37,371 bases of DNA. It comes from Mycobacteriales bacterium. GTDB lineage: Bacteria; Actinomycetota; Actinomycetes; Mycobacteriales; QHCA01. The notes beneath the pieces were generated by a model, which was not told the DNA's origin, did no database searches, and saw only the letters and a program-made list of their open reading frames with translations. Location: positions 1 through 37,371 of the forward strand of contig JBAVXU010000275.1 in assembly GCA_049698415.1 (NCBI GenBank). The letters run 5' to 3'. Below, piece after piece: positions 26,315 to 37,371 of this stretch (within the stretch, counting starts at the first letter, position 1; the number at the start of each line of letters is the position of its first letter). The translations under genes and the position numbers were made by a program.

Positions 26315-26714
26315 CCACGTCGCCAGCAGCGCCCCGCTCGACCCGGCCGCGCGGGTGATCGAGCCCTTCGCCCCTCGCCAGTTGTGGCGGATCGACCAGG
26401 CGCTCTCGGCAGCCGACCGCGAGACGGGCCTGACGTTCAGCGTCTACGTCGGCGATCTCGACGAGCCCACCAGGCAGGCCGCCGAGTTGCTGCACAAGCA
26501 TCTCGGCGAGCGCGCCGATTCGGCGATCCTGATCGCGGTGTCACCCAACCAGCGGGTGGTCGAAATCGTCACAGGCGCCTACGCCCGTCGACGGCTGCCC
26601 GATCGACTCTGCGCCCTCGCCGTGTTGTCGATGACTGCGGCGTTCGAGGTCGGCGACCTGGCCGGCGGAGTCGTCACCGGCCTGCGCATGCTGGCCGATC
26701 AGGGCCGCTCCTGA
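26295..26714 (+). CDS. DUF5130-type conserved protein (Rv2468c-like)
   Basis: PFAPRQLWRIDQALSAADRETGLTFSVYVGDLDEP.R..AE.LH..L....DSAILIAVSPNQR.VEIVTG. The only in-frame starts after the junk N-terminus are GTG 26295 and GTG 26301, and both overlap the upstream gene's 3' end. Confidence 0.75.
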   Translation: MLVAPGNHVASSAPLDPAARVIEPFAPRQLWRIDQALSAADRETGLTFSVYVGDLDEPTRQAAELLHKHLGERADSAILIAVSPNQRVVEIVTGAYARRRLPDRLCALAVLSMTAAFEVGDLAGGVVTGLRMLADQGRS

Positions 26715-26759
26715 GGGAGCCCCATCCCCGACCGGCCGGATCAGCCAAACAGGATCGGG

Positions 26760-29315
<2,556 letters not shown>

Positions 29316-29393
29316 GGGGTGGTGCTCCTTCGGGTCCGGACGCGAATCGTACGATCGTGTCACACGGCAGAGGCGCAACGGAGGGATGCCCGC

Positions 29394-29996
29394 GTGGCTG
29401 AGCACACGACGGTGGATTTCTGGTTCGATCCGGTTTGCCCATGGGCCTGGCTGACCTCGCGCTGGTTGCTCGAGGCGGCGACCGTACGACACCTCGACCC
29501 GCGCTGGCATGTGATGTCACTGGCGGTGCTCAACGCCGGCAAAGAGGGGATGGACCAGGACAAGCTGGCGTCCTACTGGGGCCCGGTACGCGTGCTCGCG
29601 GCGGCCCGCGCCAAGGCCGGCGACGACAGCGTGCTTGCGCTCTACACCGCCATGGGCACCCGGATCCACTTGGAACAGGCGGGGCTGGGCCGCGACATGA
29701 TCGAGGCGGCCCTGGCCGCGGCGGACCTGCCGCCCGAACTCGCCGATGCGATGGACTCCGCCGATCTCGACGACGAGGTACGCGCGTCACACTCGGCTGC
29801 GATGGCCCTGGTCGGCGACGACGTCGGCACCCCGGTCATCTCCTTCGACGGTTACTCGATCTTCGGCCCGGTCGTCAGCCCGACACCTCGGGGCGAGGCG
29901 GCAGGCCGGCTCTGGGACGGTGTGGCCACCGTGGTCAGTACACCTGGATTCTTCGAGCTCAAGCGGGGCCGCCAGCAGGCGCCCGTACTCATCTGA
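29394..29996 (+). CDS. DsbA-fold thiol oxidoreductase of the Rv2466c (mycothiol/mycoredoxin-dependent reductase) type, with CPWA in place of CPWC
   Basis: GGAGGGA lies 8 nt before GTG 29394. VDFWFDPVCPWAWLTSRWLLE...HVMSLAVLN...WGPVRV..A......LYTAMG.RIH....VGDDVGTPVISF.G...FGPV.S..PRGE.AG.LWD........FFELKR parallels Rv2466c along its whole length. Confidence 0.88.
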   Translation: MAEHTTVDFWFDPVCPWAWLTSRWLLEAATVRHLDPRWHVMSLAVLNAGKEGMDQDKLASYWGPVRVLAAARAKAGDDSVLALYTAMGTRIHLEQAGLGRDMIEAALAAADLPPELADAMDSADLDDEVRASHSAAMALVGDDVGTPVISFDGYSIFGPVVSPTPRGEAAGRLWDGVATVVSTPGFFELKRGRQQAPVLI

Positions 29997-30008
29997 GGGG
30001 ACGTCGAC

Positions 30009-31427
<1,419 letters not shown>

Positions 31428-31475
31428 CCGCGCGGCAGTGGTTGACCGGCCGGCCCACCGGGCAGGTCCGGGTTC

Positions 31476-32093
31476 ATGAGTGACACCGCCGTGGGCCGCA
31501 CTGATCAGCACGATGCTCCGACGGGTGCCGACGAGATCGGTGCCAACGTGCTGCGGCACGGTCGCAGGGGCATCGGCCGCTTCCACTCCCCGGAGCGAGT
31601 GGTCGGTGACATCCGCGCGGCGCACCCGTACGACACCAAGGAACGCACGATCGAACGGCTGGTCGCCCTGCACTGCAGTCAAGGAGCGCTGCAGGGTGCG
31701 ATCTCAGGAATCGGCGGGCTGTTCACCCTCGTCATCGCGTTGCCACTGTCGCTGTTCGCCGGCGGGGTCATCCAGGCGCGGCTGGCCTATTGCATCGCCC
31801 TGGTCTACGGCCACGACCCGGACTCTCCCGAGACCGAGGCCAGGGTGGCCGGCTGCCTGGTCGGTGTGGGTGGCACGTCCCTGGCCGCGCTCGGTGTCGG
31901 TGCACCGCGCGGGCTCGCGTCCGCGATCAAGCGGCGTGCACTGCGCCGCGTCGGGGTCAAACTGCTCACCCGCGTCGGCGGGGAGGGCGCGGCCCGGCTG
32001 ATCCCGGTGGCCGGCGCAGCCGCGGCGGGGGCGATGGACTACGTGTTCACCCGCGGTGTGGCACAGCGGGCCGTCGTCGCGTTCCGTCCCTAG
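31476..32093 (+). CDS. EcsC-family protein (probable)
   Basis: The central segment GALQGAISGIGGLFTLVIALPLSLFAGGVIQARLAYCIALVYGHD fits my memory of the EcsC (PF12787) core. The ORF is clean, with high GC3. Confidence 0.6.
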   Translation: MSDTAVGRTDQHDAPTGADEIGANVLRHGRRGIGRFHSPERVVGDIRAAHPYDTKERTIERLVALHCSQGALQGAISGIGGLFTLVIALPLSLFAGGVIQARLAYCIALVYGHDPDSPETEARVAGCLVGVGGTSLAALGVGAPRGLASAIKRRALRRVGVKLLTRVGGEGAARLIPVAGAAAAGAMDYVFTRGVAQRAVVAFRP

Positions 32094-32142
32094 CCGCGGC
32101 ACCGGCGCGCCACAACGATCGCCTACCGGTAGATTTCTGCCC

Positions 32143-33357
32143 ATGTCAGACACCATCGCGCACCCGATCGACGTCGCCTGGATCTCCAGCGGAGAGACCG
32201 GCGCACAGAACTACGACGAGTTCGCGTCCGAGACCGAGGTGGAGGCTGCGATCGCCCGCCACCCCAACTCGGTGCTCGGTGTCGAGATGCCGCAGTGCAC
32301 GCCCGAAGCGGTGGCCGCCGAGCTCGGCTTCGCCGAGGCGCTGCCCAAGGCCGCGGAGCAACTGCGGCGGCTGCAATCCGAGGGCCACTTCAGCCGGACC
32401 GGCGACGTCGTCGCGCCGTACCGCATCACCTCCGAGGCGGGCACGACCTACGGCGTGCTCCTGATGGTCGACACCGACCAGATCTCCTCCGCGGCGGACG
32501 AGCCCGGGCTGGTGATCCGCAACGAGGACGTCAATGCCGAGACCGTCGGTGAACGCGTCGCCCTCATCCGCTCCCTGCACCACCTGCTCAGCCCCGTGCT
32601 CCTCGTCCAGGCCACCGATGCCGCCGATCTCGAGGACCTGCTGGCCGAACTCGTCACCTCGCTGGGTGACCCGGCGGTGCACGACACCGACCAGCACGGG
32701 CAGGAGCACGACCTGTGGTTGCTGTCAGCCGGTGAGCAGCGCGATCGACTTCTGCAACTGGTCGGGGCCGGTGAGTTGATCGTGGCCGACGGCAACCACC
32801 GCACGCTTGCGGCCCAGCAGGCCGGGCTGCCCCGGTTCCTGGCACTGGTGACGACTCCGGGCTCGGCGCACATCCGTCCGTACAACCGGCTGGTGGAGCG
32901 CCTCGGCATGTCGGCCGACGAGTTCCTCCAGCGGCTGACTGCTGCCGGCGCCGACGTCGAGCCGTGGGAGGGCGAGGTGACCGTGCCGGTGCTGCCGGGC
33001 ACCGTTGCCGTCTATCTCGAACATGGGCGGGCCTACGCCGTGACGCTGCCTGCCGTCACCGGCGGATCGGTCGTCGACCGGCTCGACCACAGCGTCGTCG
33101 AGCGCGTCATACTCGGCGACATCCTCGACCTGCGCCCACATGATCGGATCATCAAGTACGTCGGCGGTGACTATCCCGCCGAATGGCTGACCGCCGAGGT
33201 CGACGCGGGCCGCGCGGAGGCGGCGATTCTGATCTCTCCGGTCTCGGTCGAAGACTTCCTCTCAGTGAACCTCGAGCGGCTCAAGATGCCCCGCAAGAGC
33301 ACGTGGTTCACGCCGAAGGCGAGGGCCGGCTTGGTTCTGGCCGAGCTGACGGGCTGA
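32143..33357 (+). CDS. DUF1015 family protein
   Basis: 404 aa, with LIVADGNHRTLAA corresponding to the DUF1015 ADGHHR motif. ATG 32143 (MSDTIAHP). The upstream part of the track ORF overlaps the previous gene. Confidence 0.7.
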   Translation: MSDTIAHPIDVAWISSGETGAQNYDEFASETEVEAAIARHPNSVLGVEMPQCTPEAVAAELGFAEALPKAAEQLRRLQSEGHFSRTGDVVAPYRITSEAGTTYGVLLMVDTDQISSAADEPGLVIRNEDVNAETVGERVALIRSLHHLLSPVLLVQATDAADLEDLLAELVTSLGDPAVHDTDQHGQEHDLWLLSAGEQRDRLLQLVGAGELIVADGNHRTLAAQQAGLPRFLALVTTPGSAHIRPYNRLVERLGMSADEFLQRLTAAGADVEPWEGEVTVPVLPGTVAVYLEHGRAYAVTLPAVTGGSVVDRLDHSVVERVILGDILDLRPHDRIIKYVGGDYPAEWLTAEVDAGRAEAAILISPVSVEDFLSVNLERLKMPRKSTWFTPKARAGLVLAELTG

Positions 33358-33997
33358 TCGACGGCGCACCCGCCCGCACGGGGCCGAGCGCCAGCACAGC
33401 GGTGAGGATCAGCCCGCCCACCAGCCAGCCGGCGACGGTGTCACTGACCCAGTGGTAGTCCAGGGTCGTCATGCCGACGCCCGCGCCCAGTGCGATCGCG
33501 CCGGTGATGATCCGCCGCCGCCGCGGCGGCAGGGCTTTGGCTGCGCGCGGGCCGAGGACGGCCGCGAACTCCAGCACCAGCGCCCAGCAGACCAGCGCGT
33601 TGACCGCGTGACCGGAGGGGTAGGACAGCCCTCCGGCCCGGACGGCATCGCGGCCCACGGCCGGCGCGGTCCGGCCGACGCCGACCTTGAACAGCAACAC
33701 GACGACGGCGATACCGGCCAAGGCGGCCAGGGTCACCAGGACCGGCCGCAGGCTGCGTTGCCGCATCGCGGTCAGCAGCGCGAACGCCAGCAGGGGCACG
33801 ACCACCACACCTCGTTGGCCGAGCCACGCAGGGACCATCGAAATGCCTCGGGCCAGGTCGCCCTGCAGATGCCCATCGATCCACAGGTGCGCCTGCCAGT
33901 CGACCGTGCGGACGGCGCCGGGTTCGAGTACGCCGACGGTCAGCGCGACCAGGAGTATGAGTGCGCCGGCAATGGGCACCGCGGAGGACCTGCGCAT
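33308..33997 (-). CDS. PAP2-family phosphatase (membrane)
   Basis: PAP2 motifs: YPSGHAVNA and DYHWVSDTVAG. There are multiple TM helices. The 3' end overlaps the convergent DUF1015 gene by about 50 nt. The start is ATG 33997 or ATG 34021. Confidence 0.82.
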   Translation of the reverse strand: MRRSSAVPIAGALILLVALTVGVLEPGAVRTVDWQAHLWIDGHLQGDLARGISMVPAWLGQRGVVVVPLLAFALLTAMRQRSLRPVLVTLAALAGIAVVVLLFKVGVGRTAPAVGRDAVRAGGLSYPSGHAVNALVCWALVLEFAAVLGPRAAKALPPRRRRIITGAIALGAGVGMTTLDYHWVSDTVAGWLVGGLILTAVLALGPVRAGAPSISPSARPEPSRPSPSA

Positions 33998-34029
33998 CCG
34001 TCGATCACACCACGGTGGCACCTGAGAGG

Positions 34030-34578
34030 ATGCACGGCATGCGGGTGTATGTGGGTTCGGACCATGCCGGCTTCGAGTTGAAGCAACACCTCGTCGCGAC
34101 GCTGGGAGAGCGTGGATACGACGTGCAGGATGTGGGTGCGCACTCCTACGACGCCCAGGATGACTACCCTCCGTTCTGCCTCGCCGCAGCCACCCGAGTC
34201 GTCGCCGACCCGGGCAGCCTCGGTGTCGTCTTAGGCGGATCGGGCAACGGTGAGCAGATCGCTGCGAACAAGGTGCCCGGTGCGCGAGCCGCGCTGGCGT
34301 GGAGCATCGAAACCGCCACCCTCGCCCGGCAGCACAACGATGCCAACGTGGTCGGGCTCGGCGCCCGGATGCACTCCGCCGAGGATGCGCTGGCCATCGT
34401 CGAGGCGTTCCTGACCACGGAGTTCAGCGGTGATGAGCGGCATGCTCGCCGGATCGCCCAGTTAGCGGCCTACGAGCGCTCTCACGTGGTGCCGGATTCC
34501 TCGGGCGGACCTTCCGGTCGCGCGACCGGTGCCGACGGCGCCGCTTTGGGCATCACCATCGGCGACGGCGGCGTGTAG
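34030..34578 (+). CDS. rpiB: Ribose-5-phosphate isomerase B
   Basis: MHGMRVYVGSDHAGFELKQ...DDYP.FC...A..V..DPGSLG.VLGGSGNGEQIAANKV.GAR.ALAWS...A.LAR.HN.AN matches mycobacterial RpiB (MSGMRVYLGADHAGYELK...). The alternative start is ATG 34039. The C-terminal tail is about 20 aa longer than in M. tuberculosis. Confidence 0.92.
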   Translation: MHGMRVYVGSDHAGFELKQHLVATLGERGYDVQDVGAHSYDAQDDYPPFCLAAATRVVADPGSLGVVLGGSGNGEQIAANKVPGARAALAWSIETATLARQHNDANVVGLGARMHSAEDALAIVEAFLTTEFSGDERHARRIAQLAAYERSHVVPDSSGGPSGRATGADGAALGITIGDGGV

Positions 34579-34763
34579 TTGCGGCGGACCAACCGCACCG
34601 CGTCCTGCGCCGCGGCCTCGTCGGCAGACGTGGGCCGCGAGGCATCGCGGGCCCGCATGGCGCGGGAGACCCCGAGTTGCGACGAGCCGGCACCGACCAG
34701 CCCGCGCAACCCTCGCTCGACGTCGGGTCCGTGCTCGGCCGGTCGCCGCTTCGCCTCCGACAT
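34482..34763 (-). CDS. Candidate small conserved hypothetical protein (about 93 aa), convergent with rpiB and overlapping its 3' end
   Basis: GAGGTG lies 6 nt before ATG 34763. MSEAKRRPAEHGPDVERGLRGLVGAGSSQLGVSRAMRARDASRPT..DEAAAQDAVRLVRRNYTPP looks protein-like. GC3 is high through 34579-34763, where no plus-strand gene exists in the matching phase. Confidence 0.45.
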   Translation of the reverse strand: MSEAKRRPAEHGPDVERGLRGLVGAGSSQLGVSRAMRARDASRPTSADEAAAQDAVRLVRRNYTPPSPMVMPKAAPSAPVARPEGPPEESGTT

Positions 34764-34810
34764 GTCCATCACCTCATCGGGTCTCGAACGCCTCAAGACT
34801 GCGGTCCATC

Positions 34811-35614
34811 GTGCCTGAGGGGCACACGATCCACCGCCTCGCGCGCGATCACAAGCGACTGCTCGGCGGCCAGGTGATCTCAGCGTCGAGCCCGCAGGGC
34901 CGGTTCGCCGCGGGTGCGGCACTGATCGACGGCCGAGTGCTGCAACGCACCGAGGCCTACGGCAAGCATCTGTTCCACCGTTACGAGGGAGCGGGGTGGC
35001 TGCATGTGCATCTGGGTCTGATCGGTTCTTTCCTGGCCGGTGTGGGCGCCCCACCGGCGGCACGCGGCGCACTGCGACTGCGCCTGGTCGGCCGCGATGC
35101 GTGGCTGGACCTCCGGGGGCCAATGGCCTGTGAGGTGCTGACACCGGCCGAGCGGGCCGCGATCATCGCTCGGCTGGGGCCGGATCCGTTGCGCCGGGGC
35201 GCCGATCCCGGCCGCGGGTGGGCCAGGCTGAGGCGCAGCCGGGCTCCGATCGGCCAGTTGCTGATGGATCAGGCGGTGGTGGCCGGGATCGGCAACGTCT
35301 ACCGCGCGGAGCTTCTCTACCGCCATCGCATCGACCCGTTCCGGCCCGGCCGGGATCTGTCCGAGGCGGTCTGGCTCGCGATGTGGACCGATCTGGTCGA
35401 ACTCATGCGCCACGGGGTGCGTACGGGACGGATCGTCACGACGCTCCCGCAGGATCGGTCTCGCCCCGGCCGGCGGGTCAGCCGCGAGGACGCGCACTAC
35501 GTCTATCGCCGCGCCGGGGAGCCGTGCCGGGTGTGCCACACACCCATCGCGACCACCGTGCTGGCCGGGCGCAACCTGTTCTGGTGTACCTACTGTCAGG
35601 CCTCGGCCCCCTAG
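34811..35614 (+). CDS. nei: Fpg/Nei-family DNA glycosylase (endonuclease VIII-like)
   Basis: The GTG start gives (M)PEGHTIHRLARDH, with the catalytic N-terminal Pro-Glu. H2TH region: GIGNVYR.E.L...RI.P. The C-terminal zinc finger is CRVCHTPI....AGRNLFWCTYCQ. Confidence 0.92.
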   Translation: MPEGHTIHRLARDHKRLLGGQVISASSPQGRFAAGAALIDGRVLQRTEAYGKHLFHRYEGAGWLHVHLGLIGSFLAGVGAPPAARGALRLRLVGRDAWLDLRGPMACEVLTPAERAAIIARLGPDPLRRGADPGRGWARLRRSRAPIGQLLMDQAVVAGIGNVYRAELLYRHRIDPFRPGRDLSEAVWLAMWTDLVELMRHGVRTGRIVTTLPQDRSRPGRRVSREDAHYVYRRAGEPCRVCHTPIATTVLAGRNLFWCTYCQASAP

Positions 35615-36852
35615 AAGACCTCCGGACATGACGGCTGTCGTGCGCCGCCCAGCGCTGCCGATGCGGCGGCGAGGGCGCCACGGCGATGCTCGGTCACCAG
35701 ACCGCCGGCGGCGAGCGAGGCGAGTGTGACGCCGCCGAGGTACGCGGCAGCCAGCGTCGTGCTCGACATCGTCAACTCGGCCGGGTCGTCCGTGCGGGGG
35801 CAGTCGGCCGAGTCAGGTCCACCGGTGAGGCGGTAGCGGCCGGTGTTCCACGGGCAGAACTCATCGGACACCTCGAGCACGACGTCGACCGGCGTGGAAT
35901 AGCGCCGGGCGCTCATGGCTCGGTCGACGTCGATCAGGCGTACCCACAGCGCGTCCGACACCTCCTGCCGCACCCCTCGGGGGTTGTCGACGAGATAGAT
36001 CAACGGCTCGTCGGCGGCCGCGCGTTCCCATTCGACGTGCCTGACCAGGTCGAGCTCGAGCAGGAACCCCCAGACGGCGGCATAGGCCTGAGGAGTGGTG
36101 GCGACAAGGTCGCGGATCGTCGCGCTCCCACCGGGGGAGCCGGTGGTCCAGCTCGACTTCACGCTGAAAAGGGAGTAGCCGTCGGGGTTGCCGGTCTCGT
36201 CGGAGTGCACGACGCAGCGCAGTGCGCTGGCCCCCTCGCGCCTGCGCTCGGGGTCGAAGAGCCGGCGGTCCCACCACGGCTTGGTGCGGTCGAGGTAGCC
36301 CACCTGCCGGCTTCGGGCCTCCTCGTGGATCGCCGCCATGGCGGGCAGGCCGTCATGCGCTGAGAACTGCCGCAGCCGCCCGGTGCCCCGATCAACATCA
36401 CGCCGTAGGGCCGACTCGGCGGTCGACACGCGCAACTGTGCGTTGCGGTTGGCCATGCCGTAGCCGAACCGTGAGTAGATCCCGGCCTCGGAGGCCCAGA
36501 GTGCGGCCACCGACTCGCCACCCTGCTCATGGATCTCGTCCAGCTGATGGCGCATCATCCGGGTGAGCAGACCCCGGCGCCGATGCGTGGGGGCAACGGC
36601 CACCGCGGTCACAGCCGCGATCGGGATCGGGCCGCCGGGGACGGTCAGCAACTTGGAGTACGCGCCAGCACTCGCGACGGGTTCGTCACCGTCGAAGACG
36701 GCGAGGCTGCGATCGGGCTCGAAGATGTCGCGCTCGATGTCGAGTCCGTCCTCATGGGAATCGGACAAAAACACCGATTCGACCATCACCACCAAGGCAG
36801 GCAACTCGTCGATGGTGATCGGCCGGAGGGGCATCTCGGGGTGAACAACCAT
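35611..36852 (-). CDS. eis: Eis-like GNAT N-acetyltransferase (tandem GNAT plus SCP2-like C-terminal domain)
   Basis: VTAVAVAPTHRRRGLLTRMMRHQLDEIHEQG..VAALWASEAGIYSRFGYGMA parallels M. tuberculosis Eis (FVAVAPTHRRRGLLRAM...AALHASEGGIYGRFGYG). The size (413 aa) fits. Confidence 0.88.
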   Translation of the reverse strand: MVVHPEMPLRPITIDELPALVVMVESVFLSDSHEDGLDIERDIFEPDRSLAVFDGDEPVASAGAYSKLLTVPGGPIPIAAVTAVAVAPTHRRRGLLTRMMRHQLDEIHEQGGESVAALWASEAGIYSRFGYGMANRNAQLRVSTAESALRRDVDRGTGRLRQFSAHDGLPAMAAIHEEARSRQVGYLDRTKPWWDRRLFDPERRREGASALRCVVHSDETGNPDGYSLFSVKSSWTTGSPGGSATIRDLVATTPQAYAAVWGFLLELDLVRHVEWERAAADEPLIYLVDNPRGVRQEVSDALWVRLIDVDRAMSARRYSTPVDVVLEVSDEFCPWNTGRYRLTGGPDSADCPRTDDPAELTMSSTTLAAAYLGGVTLASLAAGGLVTEHRRGALAAASAALGGARQPSCPEVF

Positions 36853-36966
36853 GCCTGTTGTCTACCGGGCCGCACCGACAGGCACCAGGGATTATCGGGG
36901 GCACCGCCGAGAACCGATGGGCCGCGGGGTAACCCGTACCGGCTCGGTGTCACTAGGGTCTACCCG

Positions 36967-37371
36967 GTGCGGACACTCCGGCCGGTACAGAGCGTCCGAT
37001 ACCACCTTGCCCGACCCCGCGGCACGTTCGCCCTGCTCTGCGCCGTGACGCTGGTGATCGGGGCCGCTCGCCTATACGCCGCGCGGTTGTCACCATTCGC
37101 CCTCCTGCTCGGCCCACTGGTAGCTGCGGGGCTGATGCTGCAGCGTAATTTCATGCGCCGGCTCGTCGCCCTGGTGCTTGCGGTGATCATCATCGACGCG
37201 TGGTTCAACCGGCTGGCGCTGCTTGATGTGCCGTCTCTGATAGTGATCGCCCTCGTGGGCGCCGTCGGCTACGCCGCGGCGGCCCGTCGTGACCGGCTCG
37301 GCATCTCGGCGATGCGGTCCGAGGCGATGCTGGTGGAGTTGCGCGATCGCCTCCGCGCGCAGGGAGAGATT
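36967..37371 (+). CDS. 5' part of a polytopic membrane protein running out of the window; possibly the N-terminus of a PP2C/SpoIIE-type phosphatase or other membrane sensor
   Basis: It is absent from the ORF track because no stop is reached. The frame is open from GTG 36967 to the window end. There are three or four hydrophobic helices (FALLCAVTLVIGA, FALLLGPLVAAGLML, LVALVLAVIIIDAW, SLIVIALVGAVGYAAA), then ...MLVELRDRLRAQGEI, which resembles the segment preceding PP2C domains in actinomycete phosphatases. Confidence 0.5.
   Translation, partial: MRTLRPVQSVRYHLARPRGTFALLCAVTLVIGAARLYAARLSPFALLLGPLVAAGLMLQRNFMRRLVALVLAVIIIDAWFNRLALLDVPSLIVIALVGAVGYAAAARRDRLGISAMRSEAMLVELRDRLRAQGEI

Noticed and set aside
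35611-35614. Convergent nei and eis-like genes sharing the palindromic CTAG as overlapping stop codons
   Set aside because: It is real in the sequence, but it is a trivial consequence of the TAG/CTA palindrome. No regulatory meaning is inferred.
36853-36966. The 114-bp spacer before the terminal membrane-protein gene, considered as a possible riboswitch or sRNA
   Set aside because: I recognised no conserved riboswitch core and no convincing stem-loop series. It is most simply a divergent promoter region.

Overview
This is a very GC-rich stretch of actinobacterial chromosome, with G/C at nearly every third codon position. I call about 38 protein genes and one tRNA-Arg(TCT). I found no transposase, integrase, phage gene, CRISPR array or rRNA. 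Most of the six-frame ORF track consists of antisense or out-of-frame ORFs typical of high-GC DNA, and many true starts lie inside the listed ORFs. I re-derived those starts from RBS position and family N-termini.

Gene content, left to right:
- Two Ser/Thr kinases, the first only as its C-terminal part, convergent with a hemerythrin gene followed by a two-FHA ABC exporter of Rv1747 architecture.
- A DUF475/TerC-like membrane protein.
- A tightly overlapping five-gene minus-strand operon: HIBADH-type dehydrogenase, M24-fold hydrolase, TPP E1 alpha, E1 beta, GabD-like aldehyde dehydrogenase. It has its own sigma-70-like promoter and a LacI-type palindromic operator, and a divergent LacI regulator.
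- A secreted BNR/sialidase-like protein, then tRNA-Arg.
- A DoxX-Rieske fusion protein and an orphan KAS II.
- A block whose order, as I recall it, matches M. tuberculosis Rv2478c-Rv2464c: SSB paralogue, ettA, glbO, HNH endonuclease, small membrane protein plus DUF5130, pepN, Rv2466c-like DsbA, rpiB and nei. Other genes are interspersed: SDR-like, MscS, amidase, malQ, ALDH, EcsC, DUF1015 and PAP2.
- An Eis-like acetyltransferase and the 5' end of a membrane protein.

I see no clear defence island or mobile novelty, so this looks mainly like core genome. The points most worth follow-up are:
- the E2-less E1 / M24 / dehydrogenase operon of unknown substrate;
- the hemerythrin / FHA-ABC / kinase module;
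- a kinase whose conserved N-terminus has no canonical start codon but has a perfectly spaced AGGAGG-ATC;
- a natural CPWA (single-Cys) variant of the Rv2466c-type CPWC reductase;
- a 9-bp tandem repeat encoding a Val-rich mini-ORF;
- a small antisense-overlapping ORF between rpiB and nei.
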